A stretch of 64,000 nucleotides of DNA from the NCBI GenBank assembly GCA_918797485.1, contig CAKKNE010000006.1, forward strand, positions 2,418,001-2,482,000. Reading direction: 5' to 3'. This DNA comes from Pelagomonas calceolata (taxonomy: Eukaryota). The notes below the pieces were generated by a model. It had not been told where the DNA came from, did no database searches, and saw only the letters and a list, made by a program, of their open reading frames with translations. Shown piece after piece: positions 39,624 through 50,200 of the stretch. The translations under genes were made by a program, and so were the position numbers. How positions within the stretch are numbered: the stretch's first letter is position 1; each line of letters starts with the position of its first letter.

Positions 39624-42600
39624 ATGCTGTTGCAGACGGCGCGCGCGGCCCCGCGCGTGCTGCGGACAGCGCACCGCCACAAAGCGTCCTCGGTTGCCGC
39701 TCTACTGCACCGCGACGACGCCCAGCCACTTGCGAGCTCGGCCCGCCGCGCTGCGTCCTCGGTCGCCGCTCTCCATGACGACGACGAGGCCCAGAAGACG
39801 ATCGCCAAGGTCGTCTCGCGCTACGCGCGCACGCAAGAGCAGCTCGTGCCCTGGTTTCTCGAGCAGATGCCGCGGAGCTACTTCGCGTTGGTCCCGGAGA
39901 GTTCGCAGCTCGCCCACCTCCAGGCGGCCGCGGGGCTGTTTGATCCGGCTCGAGGCTTCGACGTTCTCGATGAGGTCCGCGCGGCGTCGGCGGACGACGG
40001 CACCGTCACTTATTTGACCTCGGGCAACGCGCCGGGCACGCTCGCGCGGCAAGTCCGCACGCTCGCCGGACAAGGAGAACTCACGGGCCTCAAGGTCTTC
40101 ACTTCTCGCGACGAGACGTTGTGTTTGAATGTTTTTAATTTCGACACGGCGGCGCCGGACTCGTGCTTCGAGGCCGAGGATGCGCTCGCGCCGCACTTAC
40201 AATACGCGCGGGCGAAGGGCGGCGAGGGCTTCTGGAGCGAGGCCGCGGTGCGCGCGCACGCCGACAAGTGCTCCTTAGATTATCAACTCGGCACGCGGCC
40301 CGCGCACTGGGCGCGCCAAAGAGCTCTGTTCGAACGCGTGGCAGGGTCGGACGCCGTGGCGGCGCGCGTCGACGCGAGCAACGGCAGCGCTTGGCTGACG
40401 GTGGTGGCGCCGAACACTCTCCCCGCCTCATTCTTGCACAAGGTGCTGAGACTCGTCGCGGCCCACTCCCTGGACGTCAAGCTCGCGGAAATGGACACGG
40501 TCGAGGACTGCCTGATCCTGCGCGTGTTGGTGACCGGCTCGGCGAACTGGACCGACGTCGCCGCGGTTAGTGAACGCCTCAAGTGGCTCGGCGAGACGGC
40601 GCTCGTGCCCCTCTTCGCGAAGGGCGCGCCGACGGCGCGGGACGCGACGTTGCTAGAGGTGCGATACGCGCTTGAGACGCTGGCGCAGCGCACGCTCGGG
40701 TGCTCGCGCGACCGCGTTGCGAAAACTTTGAGAAGCCACGGCGACCTCGCGGACGCCGCCGCCAAGCTTTTGCTGAAGCGGCCCGTCGGTCGCGGCGACG
40801 GCGGCGATGTGAAGGAGCTGCTCGCGAGCGTCGACGCGGTCACTGATGAAGCGGAGAAGGAGGTTCTCGCCGAGGTCGTGCGCCACGCCACGACGTGTCT
40901 ACAAACGAACGTGGGCCGCGCGGACCGGCAGGCGTTAGCTCTCGTCCTCGACCCGAGCACGCTCTCGGACGGGGCCGAGCCCCCGGCGCGCGTCGTCTTC
41001 GTGGCGGGCCGGCGCTTCGACGCCTTCCACGTCAGCATGCGTCCGGTCGCGAGGGGCGGAGTTCGGCTTGTCACCCCCAAAACGCCGGAGGCGCTCGCTC
41101 ATGCCGCTTCTAGACATTATGACGAGTGCCGCGACCTCGCGCAAGCGCAGCAGCTCAAGAACAAGGACATCCCGGAGGGCGGCGCCAAGGCCGTCGTTCT
41201 GGTCGACGCCACGGGCCACGGCGACGACGCATGGGCGGGCCGCGGGCGGGGTGCGTTCCGCGAGTACCTGAACCGCAAGGCCGTGTCCGCCTTCGCCGAC
41301 GCTTTGTTAGATGTGAGCCTCGAGAGCGAAACGCTGCCGTATTTGGGCCCGGACGAGCAGGTCGTCCCGCAAGACATCACGCGCATCGTCGCGAACGCGG
41401 CGCGCCGCGGCCACCCGCGGCCGGAGGCGCTGATGTCCTCGAAGCCCGGCGCGGGCATCAACCACAAGGAGTTCGGCGTCACGAGCGAGGGCGTCGCGGT
41501 GTTTGTGGAGCGGGCGCTGCGCGAGGTCGGGATCGACGCGCGGAAGGACGCCTTTCGGGTCTCGCTCGTCGGTGGGCCCGACGGCGACGTCGCGGGCAAC
41601 TTACTGAAGATCATGCAACGCGACTGGCCGTCGGCGCGCGTCGTCGGCGTGGCGGACGGCAGCGGGTACGCTGAGGATCCCGAAGGTTTAGATGGGAACG
41701 AGCTCCGGCGCTTGGTGGAGGCCTCGGCGCCGATCGCGGCGTTTGATAGCAAGCTGCTAGGGAATCGCGGCACGCTCCGGACGGCGGACGACGGTGACGG
41801 AGCCGCGCTGCGCGATACGATGCACTTCCGCGTGGACGCCGACGTGCTCGTGCCGTGCGGCGGGCGGCCTGGAACCATACACGCGGGCAACGCGCGGGAA
41901 TTTCTCAAACCGGGTGATGATGCCGCGCCGGGTGCGCCGCGGGCCCCGATCTGTGTGGAAATTCGAGCAGGGTCGCGTCGATGGCGTGGAGGTCGACGCG
42001 ACGATTCAGCACGAACGCGCCGTAAATTTGATTTCCGCACAGGCCCCGATCATCGTCGAGGGTGCCAACCTGTTCCTGACGCCCGAGGCGCGCCAGATCC
42101 TCCACAAAGAGGCCGGTGTGCTCGTGGTCAAGGACTCGTCCGCCAACAAGTGCGGCGTCGTGTGCTCTTCCTATGAAATCTTAGCTGCGCACTTATTGTC
42201 CCGGAGCGCGTTCGAGGCGCAGAAGGGGGTCATCGTCGCGGAGGTCCTCGACCGGCTCCGCGCGTTGGCGTCGTTGGAAGCCGACCTGCTGTTCAAGGAG
42301 TACTCGCGCTTCCCGGGCGCGCTGCCCGACTTCTCGCGGCGCATCTCGGAGGCGATCAACCTCGTGGCCGACGCGGTCGGCGCGACGGCGAGCGACGACC
42401 AGGTGGCCGCACTCTTCGCAGAGCTCGCGCCGGAGCACCTGCCGCCGACGCTCGCTCAACTCGCCGTCGCGGCGCCGGAAGCACTGCCGGCCGGCTACGC
42501 GCGCGCCTGCGCGGGGTCTTTCGTGGCGACGAGACTCGTCTACGGCGAGGGCATCACGCACGTCGAGGCGCTCGGCAGTGACCCCGCACGCCTCGCGGCT

Positions 42601-42726
42601 GCCGCGACGACATACGTCGGGGCGCAGCGCGACGTGTCGCAACTCCAAGAGAAGGTGCTCGCTTCCTCCCTCGACGAGGCCGTGAAGACGGACGTCCTCA
42701 AGCTCCTCCGCCCCTCCCTCTCCTGA
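39624..42726 (+). CDS. GDH2: NAD-specific glutamate dehydrogenase (large type); exons 39624-41942 and 42043-42726
   Basis: VARGGVRL, QQLKNKDIPEGGAK, YLGPDE, GINHKEFGVTSEGV, GGPDGDVAGN, spliced RAPIIVEGANLF, KDSSANKCGVVCSSYE. Confidence 0.92.
41943..42042 (+). mobile_element. Introner-type GC-AG intron (100 nt; element 41951-42042; perfect 8-bp TSD GCCCCGAT)
   Basis: gccccgat at 41943-41950 and 42043-42050; TIRs ctgtgtggaaat / atttccgcacag; restores the frame. Confidence 0.92.
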
Positions 42727-42778
42727 TTCGTGTTGTCGTGGAAGCCTGTACGACTGTCAATATATTTACAACAAAAAA

Positions 42779-43705
42779 CTAGAACTCCATCTTGGCCTCG
42801 GCGGGCGATCCCTCGAGCGATGCGCGCCGCTTGGCCATATATGTGCGGAGGTGCGCCTCGTAGGTGTCGACGCTGTGGACCTCGAGCGTCTTCGACGCGA
42901 TGCGCGTCGCGGCGTTCGAGACCGAATTGCTAAGCACCGACCAAAGGGCCTGGGCCGTGCTCGGCTCGGCGGCCGGTCGCGGCTCCGTCGCCGCCGGCGC
43001 CGGCGCCGTTGCCAGCGCCGCGCCCGCCTGCCGCCCCGCGACGGCCTCGACGGCGTGGCGCCACGTCTCGCTCCAGGGCTCCAATTCCACGTGCGTGCCG
43101 ACGTGGACGTATTCCCGCACCATCGGCAAATCCAGGACCCCGCCGAGCCCGCCGTGGTCCGCGCCGCCCAGCGACCGGGGCACGGGATCGCACCTGTTCG
43201 CGAAGCGCAAGCACGGCACGCCGTCCAGCAACCGCGCGTACTGCGCGTCGCCCGGCGGCGGCGCGCCGAACGTGCAGATTTGCACGGAGTGGCCCCGGCC
43301 CTTCAGCGCGCCGCCGACCAGAATCGCCAGGGCGCCGCCCAATGAATGGCCCGACAGCACGACGGTCCGCCGCGGCCACTTCTCGAGCCGCTCCGCGAGG
43401 CGGTCCGCGACGTTCGACGCCATTTTGGCGAAGCCGCCGTGCACGCGCGCGGCCCATTCGTCTTCTCCGACGCGCAGTGCTGGAAAGTCGGAGAGCGGCA
43501 GCAGCAGGAAGGCGACGTCGTGCGCGGCGTTGAGCGGCGTCGCCGTGCCGCGGAAGGCCACGTGTACATGACGTCCCGAGATGTCGATGATGGCGCGCGT
43601 GTCGTCTATCTCCAGGCCTTCGAACTCGGGGTCGTCGTAGGCGGCGCGCGTCAGCCGCCAGGCGCGCTCGACGTCGTCGTCGGCGATGCCGGCGTCCTCG
43701 ATCAT
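42779..43705 (-). CDS. Class 3 lipase
   Basis: VAFRGT, VHGGF, SGHSLGGALA, TFGAP, DPVPR, HSVDTY. Confidence 0.85.
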   Translation of the reverse strand: MIEDAGIADDDVERAWRLTRAAYDDPEFEGLEIDDTRAIIDISGRHVHVAFRGTATPLNAAHDVAFLLLPLSDFPALRVGEDEWAARVHGGFAKMASNVADRLAERLEKWPRRTVVLSGHSLGGALAILVGGALKGRGHSVQICTFGAPPPGDAQYARLLDGVPCLRFANRCDPVPRSLGGADHGGLGGVLDLPMVREYVHVGTHVELEPWSETWRHAVEAVAGRQAGAALATAPAPAATEPRPAAEPSTAQALWSVLSNSVSNAATRIASKTLEVHSVDTYEAHLRTYMAKRRASLEGSPAEAKMEF

Positions 43706-43975
43706 CTTTCGCGTCGTGCGATTTCCGGACTTTCCGAACTCCAAGTCGCGTCGATGGCGTCGACGCGATGCCGCGCGACGCCTCGACGCCCTCGAATAGC
43801 TCGGGAGTGATGTGACAGGGCTGAGTAGCAGTGCTGCTACTGCCCGGCACCAATCAGCGGAGGGGTTGAACGCCGCAATCACTGGCTGAAAAAAACGTGA
43901 AACCGAGCGACTCCACACTCAGGCACGCTAGGCAACAGCGCGACGCAAAAGAGAGCGCATTAAAAAGTTTTAGGT

Positions 43976-43999
43976 GCTAGCGGCCTGAAGACATACTAG
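43976..43999. promoter_or_regulatory. CTAG-bounded upstream motif
   Basis: gctagcggcctgaagacatactag, between divergent genes. Confidence 0.55.
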
Positions 44000-44194
44000 C
44001 AAGTCCAGCCGAGATTGACAAGTTTTGGCCCTGGCAGCGCCGTGCCGCCCGTAGAAGGCTTCCGGAAGAACCGTTTGATCCATTATCGACCAAACGCATC
44101 GAGCCCGGCAGCCCTTTGCATAGCAGGGCACCAGCCCACTCACCTTGGATTTGGGCAGCCTCGACACCACTAGATACACAAAACAAACGGAACC

Positions 44195-45152
44195 ATGTGG
44201 CGCTGGCTCGCCGCCCTCCCCTGGATACTTAGAGGAGAGGCGAAGTTCGGCTCCCATCGACGGGCCTGCGCCCTCGACGAGCAGGAATTAATCAGAAACA
44301 CGCAACACAACGAATTCCACCAGATCATAAATAGCATGCACGGGCCGCGGTGCGGCGGTTTTTTTGTGGAGGCGGGAGCGAACACGGGCGTCAATTCCGT
44401 CACGAGGGCCTTTGAGCGGATCGGCTGGCACGGGTTGTGCGTCGAGGCGAGCCCGTATTTGTACCACAACTTCCTCGTGAAGAATAGAAAAGATTGTGAG
44501 AATATTCATGCTGCGTTAGTAGATGGTCCGGACCAGGTTGTTTTTAGAGCATACACGGAGAGGTTAGGAGACCTCTCGGGCATCGAGAGCTTCCGAACAC
44601 AAAAACAGTGGGCGAAGATGGAGCGGGAACATGCCAACGACAAGCGGAAATGGCGGTTAGAAAGGACGAACGTCACCGCGCTGTCTCCAGCAAAGCTGGT
44701 CTTCGGGAGGGGACATGTAGATTTATTCTCACTCGACGTCGAGGGCGCGGAGCTGTGTGGAAATCAACCAGTGCGTCGGGTGCACCCGACAATTCTTCAC
44801 TAAGTCATTTCTCGGCGATGACGCAGCCGTCCTGGCTCGGTCGAGCGGCGAGGAACCGGCATCGCCACGCCATCGAGCAGGCGTCGCGTCGATGGCGTGG
44901 AGGTCGACGCGACGATTCAACACGAACGCGCCGTAAAATTTTGATTTCCACACAGGCGCGGAAATGAACGTCCTGAAGAGCTTCCCCTTCGACGAGGTGC
45001 GCGTGGACTTCTGGTTCGTCGAGACGAATAAATTGGACCGGGAGGCGTTCATGACGTTCATGAGTGGCAAGCACTACCACTGCCACCACGTCGACCACGT
45101 CAACACGCTATGTCGACATAAAGATGTCAGGGCGAACCGGCGGCGGCGGTAA
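44195..45152 (+). CDS. FkbM-family methyltransferase (secretory); exons 44195-44744 and 44956-45152
   Basis: FFVEAGANTG..S, GWHGLCVEA, spliced FSLDVEGAEMNVLKSFPF. Confidence 0.85.
44745..44955 (+). mobile_element. Longest introner-type GC-AG intron (211 nt; element 44753-44955; TSD GCGCGGAG/GCGCGGAA)
   Basis: Perfect 15-bp TIRs ctgtgtggaaatcaa / ttgatttccacacag; 7/8 TSD; restores the DVEGAE motif. Confidence 0.93.
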
Positions 45153-45482
45153 GTTTGAGTTTGTTGTGAGGTAACTAGTGCGCCACCGCGCGCGGGGAAA
45201 TCGTACTCCCCCCGCGCCGCCGAGGAAACGCCGCGTCGACGGCGTGGGGGAGCCCTCGAGACGCGTCCCGCAGGCCGTCGACGCATGCCGCTCTAGCATG
45301 CGAGGCTAGTAGCACCATCGATGGCCGCCGGCGCTGCTCATTTTGGGGCAGCGTTGGCCGCCGAACACAAGGAGCACTGCTCGACAAAACACAACACCAT
45401 GGTCGCAGCGGCGCCAGGACGACGACGAAGCGCTGCGGCGTGACAGACATAACGACGAGGCAGTAGCCCCCAGGACACAACC

Positions 45483-47237
45483 ATGTCGGGCCTCGGGCTC
45501 CTGGGCAAGCTCAAGCAGCGGCGGGGCGACGCCAAGCTCGAGTACGAATGGGGCTCGTCGAAAGTTTTGCAGACGCTGGATTTGGACAAGTTGCCGCGGG
45601 CGGCGTTACGAAGTCACTTGGACGCGCGAGACCTCGAGACCGGTGGGACCAAAAGGGCCATGGTCAAGCGCCTCCAAGCCGATCTGGAGGGCGAGCGACT
45701 GCAGGCCACGGCCTACACGGAGCAATTGGAGTCGGAATTTCACATCAACAAAGATATAGAAGAGCGAGGTTCAGTGTATGCGTGCGGCACGAATTATGCA
45801 GGGCAATTAGGACAGGGCGACACGGAGCCTCGCAGTGTCTTCACGGCGGTCCAGAAGACGCGAGGCATTGGCGTGGTCCGCGTCGCGACGAACGCGGACA
45901 TGGTGTACGCGGTGACAGCCGACCACGAGGTCCTGGTCTGGGGCGGCTCCGGTGCGGGCTCCACGGGAATCCACGTCGACGCCGACGACGAGTGGGCCAA
46001 GGAGATGTACATGGAGCCGCAATTTGTTACTGAGTTACAGGGTGAGGAGGCGACGTCGTGCTCCGTCGGTGCGAGTCATGCTGCTGTGTGCACTTCTGGT
46101 GGCGATGTGTTTGTCTGGGGCCACAACCTGGCAGGCCAACTCGGTTTAACAGATTTTCAAAAAAGACCACTCCCGACCATACTGACCTATTTCGAAACCG
46201 ATGATGACATAAGGGTGAGGCAGATGGAGTGCGGCGAGAACCACTGCTGCTGTTTGACGACGGCGGGGGCCGTGTATAGTTGGGGTCACGTCGATAGTGG
46301 GCGGTTAGGATTGGGTGTGAAGGAGCGGTTCGGCGCTCGAGCGGAAGAGAAATTGTATTTCCCCGCTCCTACCGTTGTGAGTGGTCTATCCGCCGAGCCG
46401 ATCATTGAAGTAAGCTGTGGAGCAGCACATACATTAGCATTGTCGGAGGAGGGCAAGGTCTTCTCGTGGGGGTTGGGCGCGGGCGGGCGGTTGGGCCTCG
46501 GTGATTTCCACTCGCGGATCGAACCGTACGAGGTCACAGCCTTGTCGAACAAGTGCGTCATGCAAGTTGCTGCCGCTACTTGGCATAGCGCCGCTGTTGT
46601 GTGCGTGCCGCCCATGCAGGGTTCGGGCTGGGTCTACACCTGGGGGAGCGGCTACCACGGCCAATTAGCACATGGGCGGACCCAGGTCCAGACCACACCT
46701 ACGGTAGTAGAAGCTTTGAGAAGTAGAAACTTGTCAGCGGTCTCGATCAGACTCGGCAGTCACCACAGCGCGATGATCGCGATGGACGGCGAGCTCTACA
46801 CGTGGGGCTCGAATCTCCATGGTTGTCTGGGCCACGCTATTAGGGATCAATTCGTCGAGCACACGGCGGACCCGGGCCACGCTTCGGGGTTTGGGGCCAT
46901 CGTGGAAAGGGTGGGTCGAGGCATGGTGCGCGACTACGCGCTCGGGCGGGAGTTTACGATCGTCGCGACGTACCCGTATGAAGGGCCCACGGAGGACGTC
47001 GCGAGGAAGCTCATGGAGGAGGAGGCTATTAGGTTAGATATGTTGGCATTGGAGGACGAGCAGGACGCCGCGACGCTGCGCGGATCGCAAGCGGGGACCC
47101 AGGACGACGGCACGCTCGCGACGGGCGAGGACGACATGACCATGGACGACGAGTCCATCATGAGCGGCGGCGGCGGCCGCGGCGGGCCGGCGGGCATTTT
47201 GGACAAGGGCATGGCCGCCCAGAAGAGTAGAAAATAA
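45483..47237 (+). CDS. RCC1-repeat protein with N-terminal SAP-like motif
   Basis: Repeated VYxWG..GQLG / CGxxH; LRSHLDARDLETGGTKRAMVKRL. Confidence 0.85.
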   Translation: MSGLGLLGKLKQRRGDAKLEYEWGSSKVLQTLDLDKLPRAALRSHLDARDLETGGTKRAMVKRLQADLEGERLQATAYTEQLESEFHINKDIEERGSVYACGTNYAGQLGQGDTEPRSVFTAVQKTRGIGVVRVATNADMVYAVTADHEVLVWGGSGAGSTGIHVDADDEWAKEMYMEPQFVTELQGEEATSCSVGASHAAVCTSGGDVFVWGHNLAGQLGLTDFQKRPLPTILTYFETDDDIRVRQMECGENHCCCLTTAGAVYSWGHVDSGRLGLGVKERFGARAEEKLYFPAPTVVSGLSAEPIIEVSCGAAHTLALSEEGKVFSWGLGAGGRLGLGDFHSRIEPYEVTALSNKCVMQVAAATWHSAAVVCVPPMQGSGWVYTWGSGYHGQLAHGRTQVQTTPTVVEALRSRNLSAVSIRLGSHHSAMIAMDGELYTWGSNLHGCLGHAIRDQFVEHTADPGHASGFGAIVERVGRGMVRDYALGREFTIVATYPYEGPTEDVARKLMEEEAIRLDMLALEDEQDAATLRGSQAGTQDDGTLATGEDDMTMDDESIMSGGGGRGGPAGILDKGMAAQKSRK

Positions 47238-47241
47238 CAAC

Positions 47242-50200
47242 TTAGACAATATCCGCGTTGCGCTTGGCCATGAGTTCCAGTAAGCGCGGGTCCGGCGCCG
47301 TCGGGGTCCAGCCGTCTTCTCTTGAAGTCTGGGGACGCGCCCGCTCCGGCCGCCGGGGACGTCGTGCGCGCTCCGTCTGCGAGACGCGCGCCGTTTGCAG
47401 GGCGAAGCGGGGATCGGCCCAGGCCAGCGAGCTAGGAACAGCACCTCCCCTAGCGACAGCAGCGGCCTGTCGAATCTCGCGCGGCGTCGCCTGCGCGAAC
47501 GCTTCGAGGGCCTCCTCCCGTCTCGCGTCGCGGCCCCGCCTCCTCAGTAATTCGTGGCCTTCTCCATCGGAAGAATCGGAGGACGACTCGCTGCCCGACT
47601 CGTCCGTGTCGTAATCCACACCCGGCGTCCTGTATAAATAGTAGACGTAGTAGACCGTGGTCCCCGCACAGACGAGGGCCCCGTAGACGTCGACGACCGT
47701 CAAACCCGTCAGGCACAGACCCAGGAAGGCGTCCACAATACGTCGCGTGTTCCGCCTTCGGTTGAACGACGCGACGCAGCCCCAAAACAACAAGTAGCCC
47801 GCGAGGGCATCTAATAATTTGGCGAAGAGGAACTGCTTGAGCAGGCGCGACGTGAGGGCCCGGAACGGCTGGGGCCGCGCGCCGCCGGCAGGTTTTGGGG
47901 GCACCGGAGCACATCCTAACGCAGCCAAACAGGGCGGGATCCGCGTCTTGCGGAACAGGATGGCGAACACTACTAAACACGTGCCGGCCTTGATGAGAGC
48001 CAAGGTCGGGAGCGGGAAGGGCGGCCCCAGGGCGCCGCCGAACTCCGGCGTCCACCCTAATCTAATGGTCATCGCGCCGACGCCCACGCATAACTGGATC
48101 GCGGCGCCCAGGCCGTGGATCCACAACAACAACGCCAATCGTGCTTGCAAGGACCGGTCTAAGCGCCGCGCGAAGGGCACGTCGCAGATGTTGGGAGGTT
48201 CCAGATATTTCAGTTTCGCGGCTCTGATTTTGGCGGCCCGGAGCGCCGCGTTTCGCTGCGCGTCATCTAACATCCACTCGAACGCGCCACCTGGGCTAAC
48301 GCGGGCGCCGCCTCGACACAAACAGCAGTTGAGGCACCGCCGCCAATTCCGCGCGCCGCAGCGCGGCCGTCGTTTTCGTCTCTTCCGTTTCCGTTCCTCC
48401 CGTTGCAGGGGCGCCTCCTCGTCGTTATCATCATGATCGTCGTCGACGCGGCGCTGCCTCATCTCCGTAGGAGGAGGAACGGCGGCCGCGGCGCGCTCGG
48501 CCCGCGCCTCGGCCTGTTCGCGCCGCGTTTCCGCCTCGTCGAGCGCTTTCTGCGCCGCCGCGGCGAGCTTCAGGGCCTCCGCGACCTTGGCTTCGAGCTC
48601 GTCGATGCGCTTCTGCTGCAGCGCCGCGGACACGCGCACCTCCTTGCCCCGCCGCCGGCGCACGCGGTGGGACGCGACGACGACCGGCTTCTTCTCGCTG
48701 GCTGCCGCGTCGACCACGGCGCCGACGGCCTGGCCCACGGCGCCGCCGACAGCACCTCCAACCGCTGAACCGGCCGGGCCGCCGACCGCGCCCGCCGCGG
48801 CGCCCGCGAGCTGGCCGACGGCCGCGCCGGCAACCTCCGCGACCGGCGCGCGCGCGGTCTCAGCCGCGCTATTCTGGGCCGCCGGCGCCGTCGCGGCGTA
48901 CTCGCTCTGGGGGAGCGCCGTTGAAGATCGGGCGGCCTCCTCGCTTGTCGCGGTGGAGGCCTGAGCGGCCGGCACCTCCTCGCTTGTCGCAGCGTACTCG
49001 GATGGCGGGAGCGCCGTTGAAGATCGGACCTCTGCGGCAGGTGTCGCAGCGTTCGCCGCGGCCGCAGCTGCCTCCGCCTCCGCCGCGACGGCGGCGGTGC
49101 GTCGTTCGGCGGCGATGCGCTCGCGCTCGGCCTCGGCTCGTCTCAACTCGCTCTCACGCGCGGCCTCTGCCTCAGCCGCCGCCCGCGCGCGCGCCGCGGC
49201 CGCGGCGACCTCCGCCGCGCGCGCTTTGGCCTCCGCCCGCGCCTTTTCACCGGCTTCTGCGGCGGCCGCGAGGGCGGCGGCGGCCGCCGCCTCTGCGGCA
49301 CGCGCATCAGCCGCGGCGCGCGCGGCGCGGGCCTGTTCCTCGGCCGCGGCCGCTTGCGCCGCCCGTGCCGCTTCGGCGTCTGCCGCCGCTTGCCGATCCG
49401 CCTCCGCTTTCGTCGCGGCCTCGGCGAAGGCGTCCATCACCGCGCCGAAGGCGGCGTCGTCGTCGGCGTAGGTGGGCTCCTCTGTCGGCGCCGGCCGCGC
49501 CTCGTCGTCCGACGAGTAGGTCGCCGCGTGGTCGACGTCGCCGAGGGCCAGCGGCGCGCCGGCGACCGACGAACGCGGCGCGCGGGCCGGCGAGCGCTGT
49601 GGCGAGCGCTGCGCCGGCGCCTCCAGGGCCGCCGACTCGGCGTCGGCCAGCGCGAGAGCCGCGCCCTCAACGGAGCGGCGCGGTTCCATCGGCTCGACGG
49701 GCGTCTCGACGGCCGTGCGCTCGGAGGCCGCGAAGTCGTCGAGCGCGAGGCCCGGTGGAGGCCCGGTCGGAGGTGCAGGCCGCGGCAACGCCTCGACGGG
49801 CGTGTGCGTCGGGGGTTCCGCGACGCTTTCCTCGGGCACGGGTGGCTGCTCGGTTTCCTCCGCGGGCGCCGGGATTGCCTCGACGGCCGTGAGCGTCGGC
49901 TCAGGCGACAATGACCGGCGCTTCTTCGGCGGCGGCGGCGCCTCCTCCTCGTCGTCGTCGTCGGACGCACCGCTGAGGACCATGTCCGAGTCCGAATCGG
50001 AGCCAAACAGCGAGGACACGTCGTAGCGCGTCTGGCGCAGCTCCGCGGCCGCCTTCGCCGCGGCGTTCGTTGCGGACTCGAGGGCCTCGCGCTGCCGCTC
50101 GACCTCCACCTCGGCCTCGCGTTTCTGGGCAGCGGCGCGACGCGCCGCCTCGAGCTTGGCCTCGTGGGCGTCCCAGCCGTCGTCGTCGTCTCCGCCTTCG

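Noticed and set aside
11595..42726. Nitrogen-metabolism cluster (arginase, molybdate transporter, GDH2)
   Set aside because: GDH2 is ~25 kb away among unrelated genes; arginase/MFSD5 adjacency alone is weak evidence
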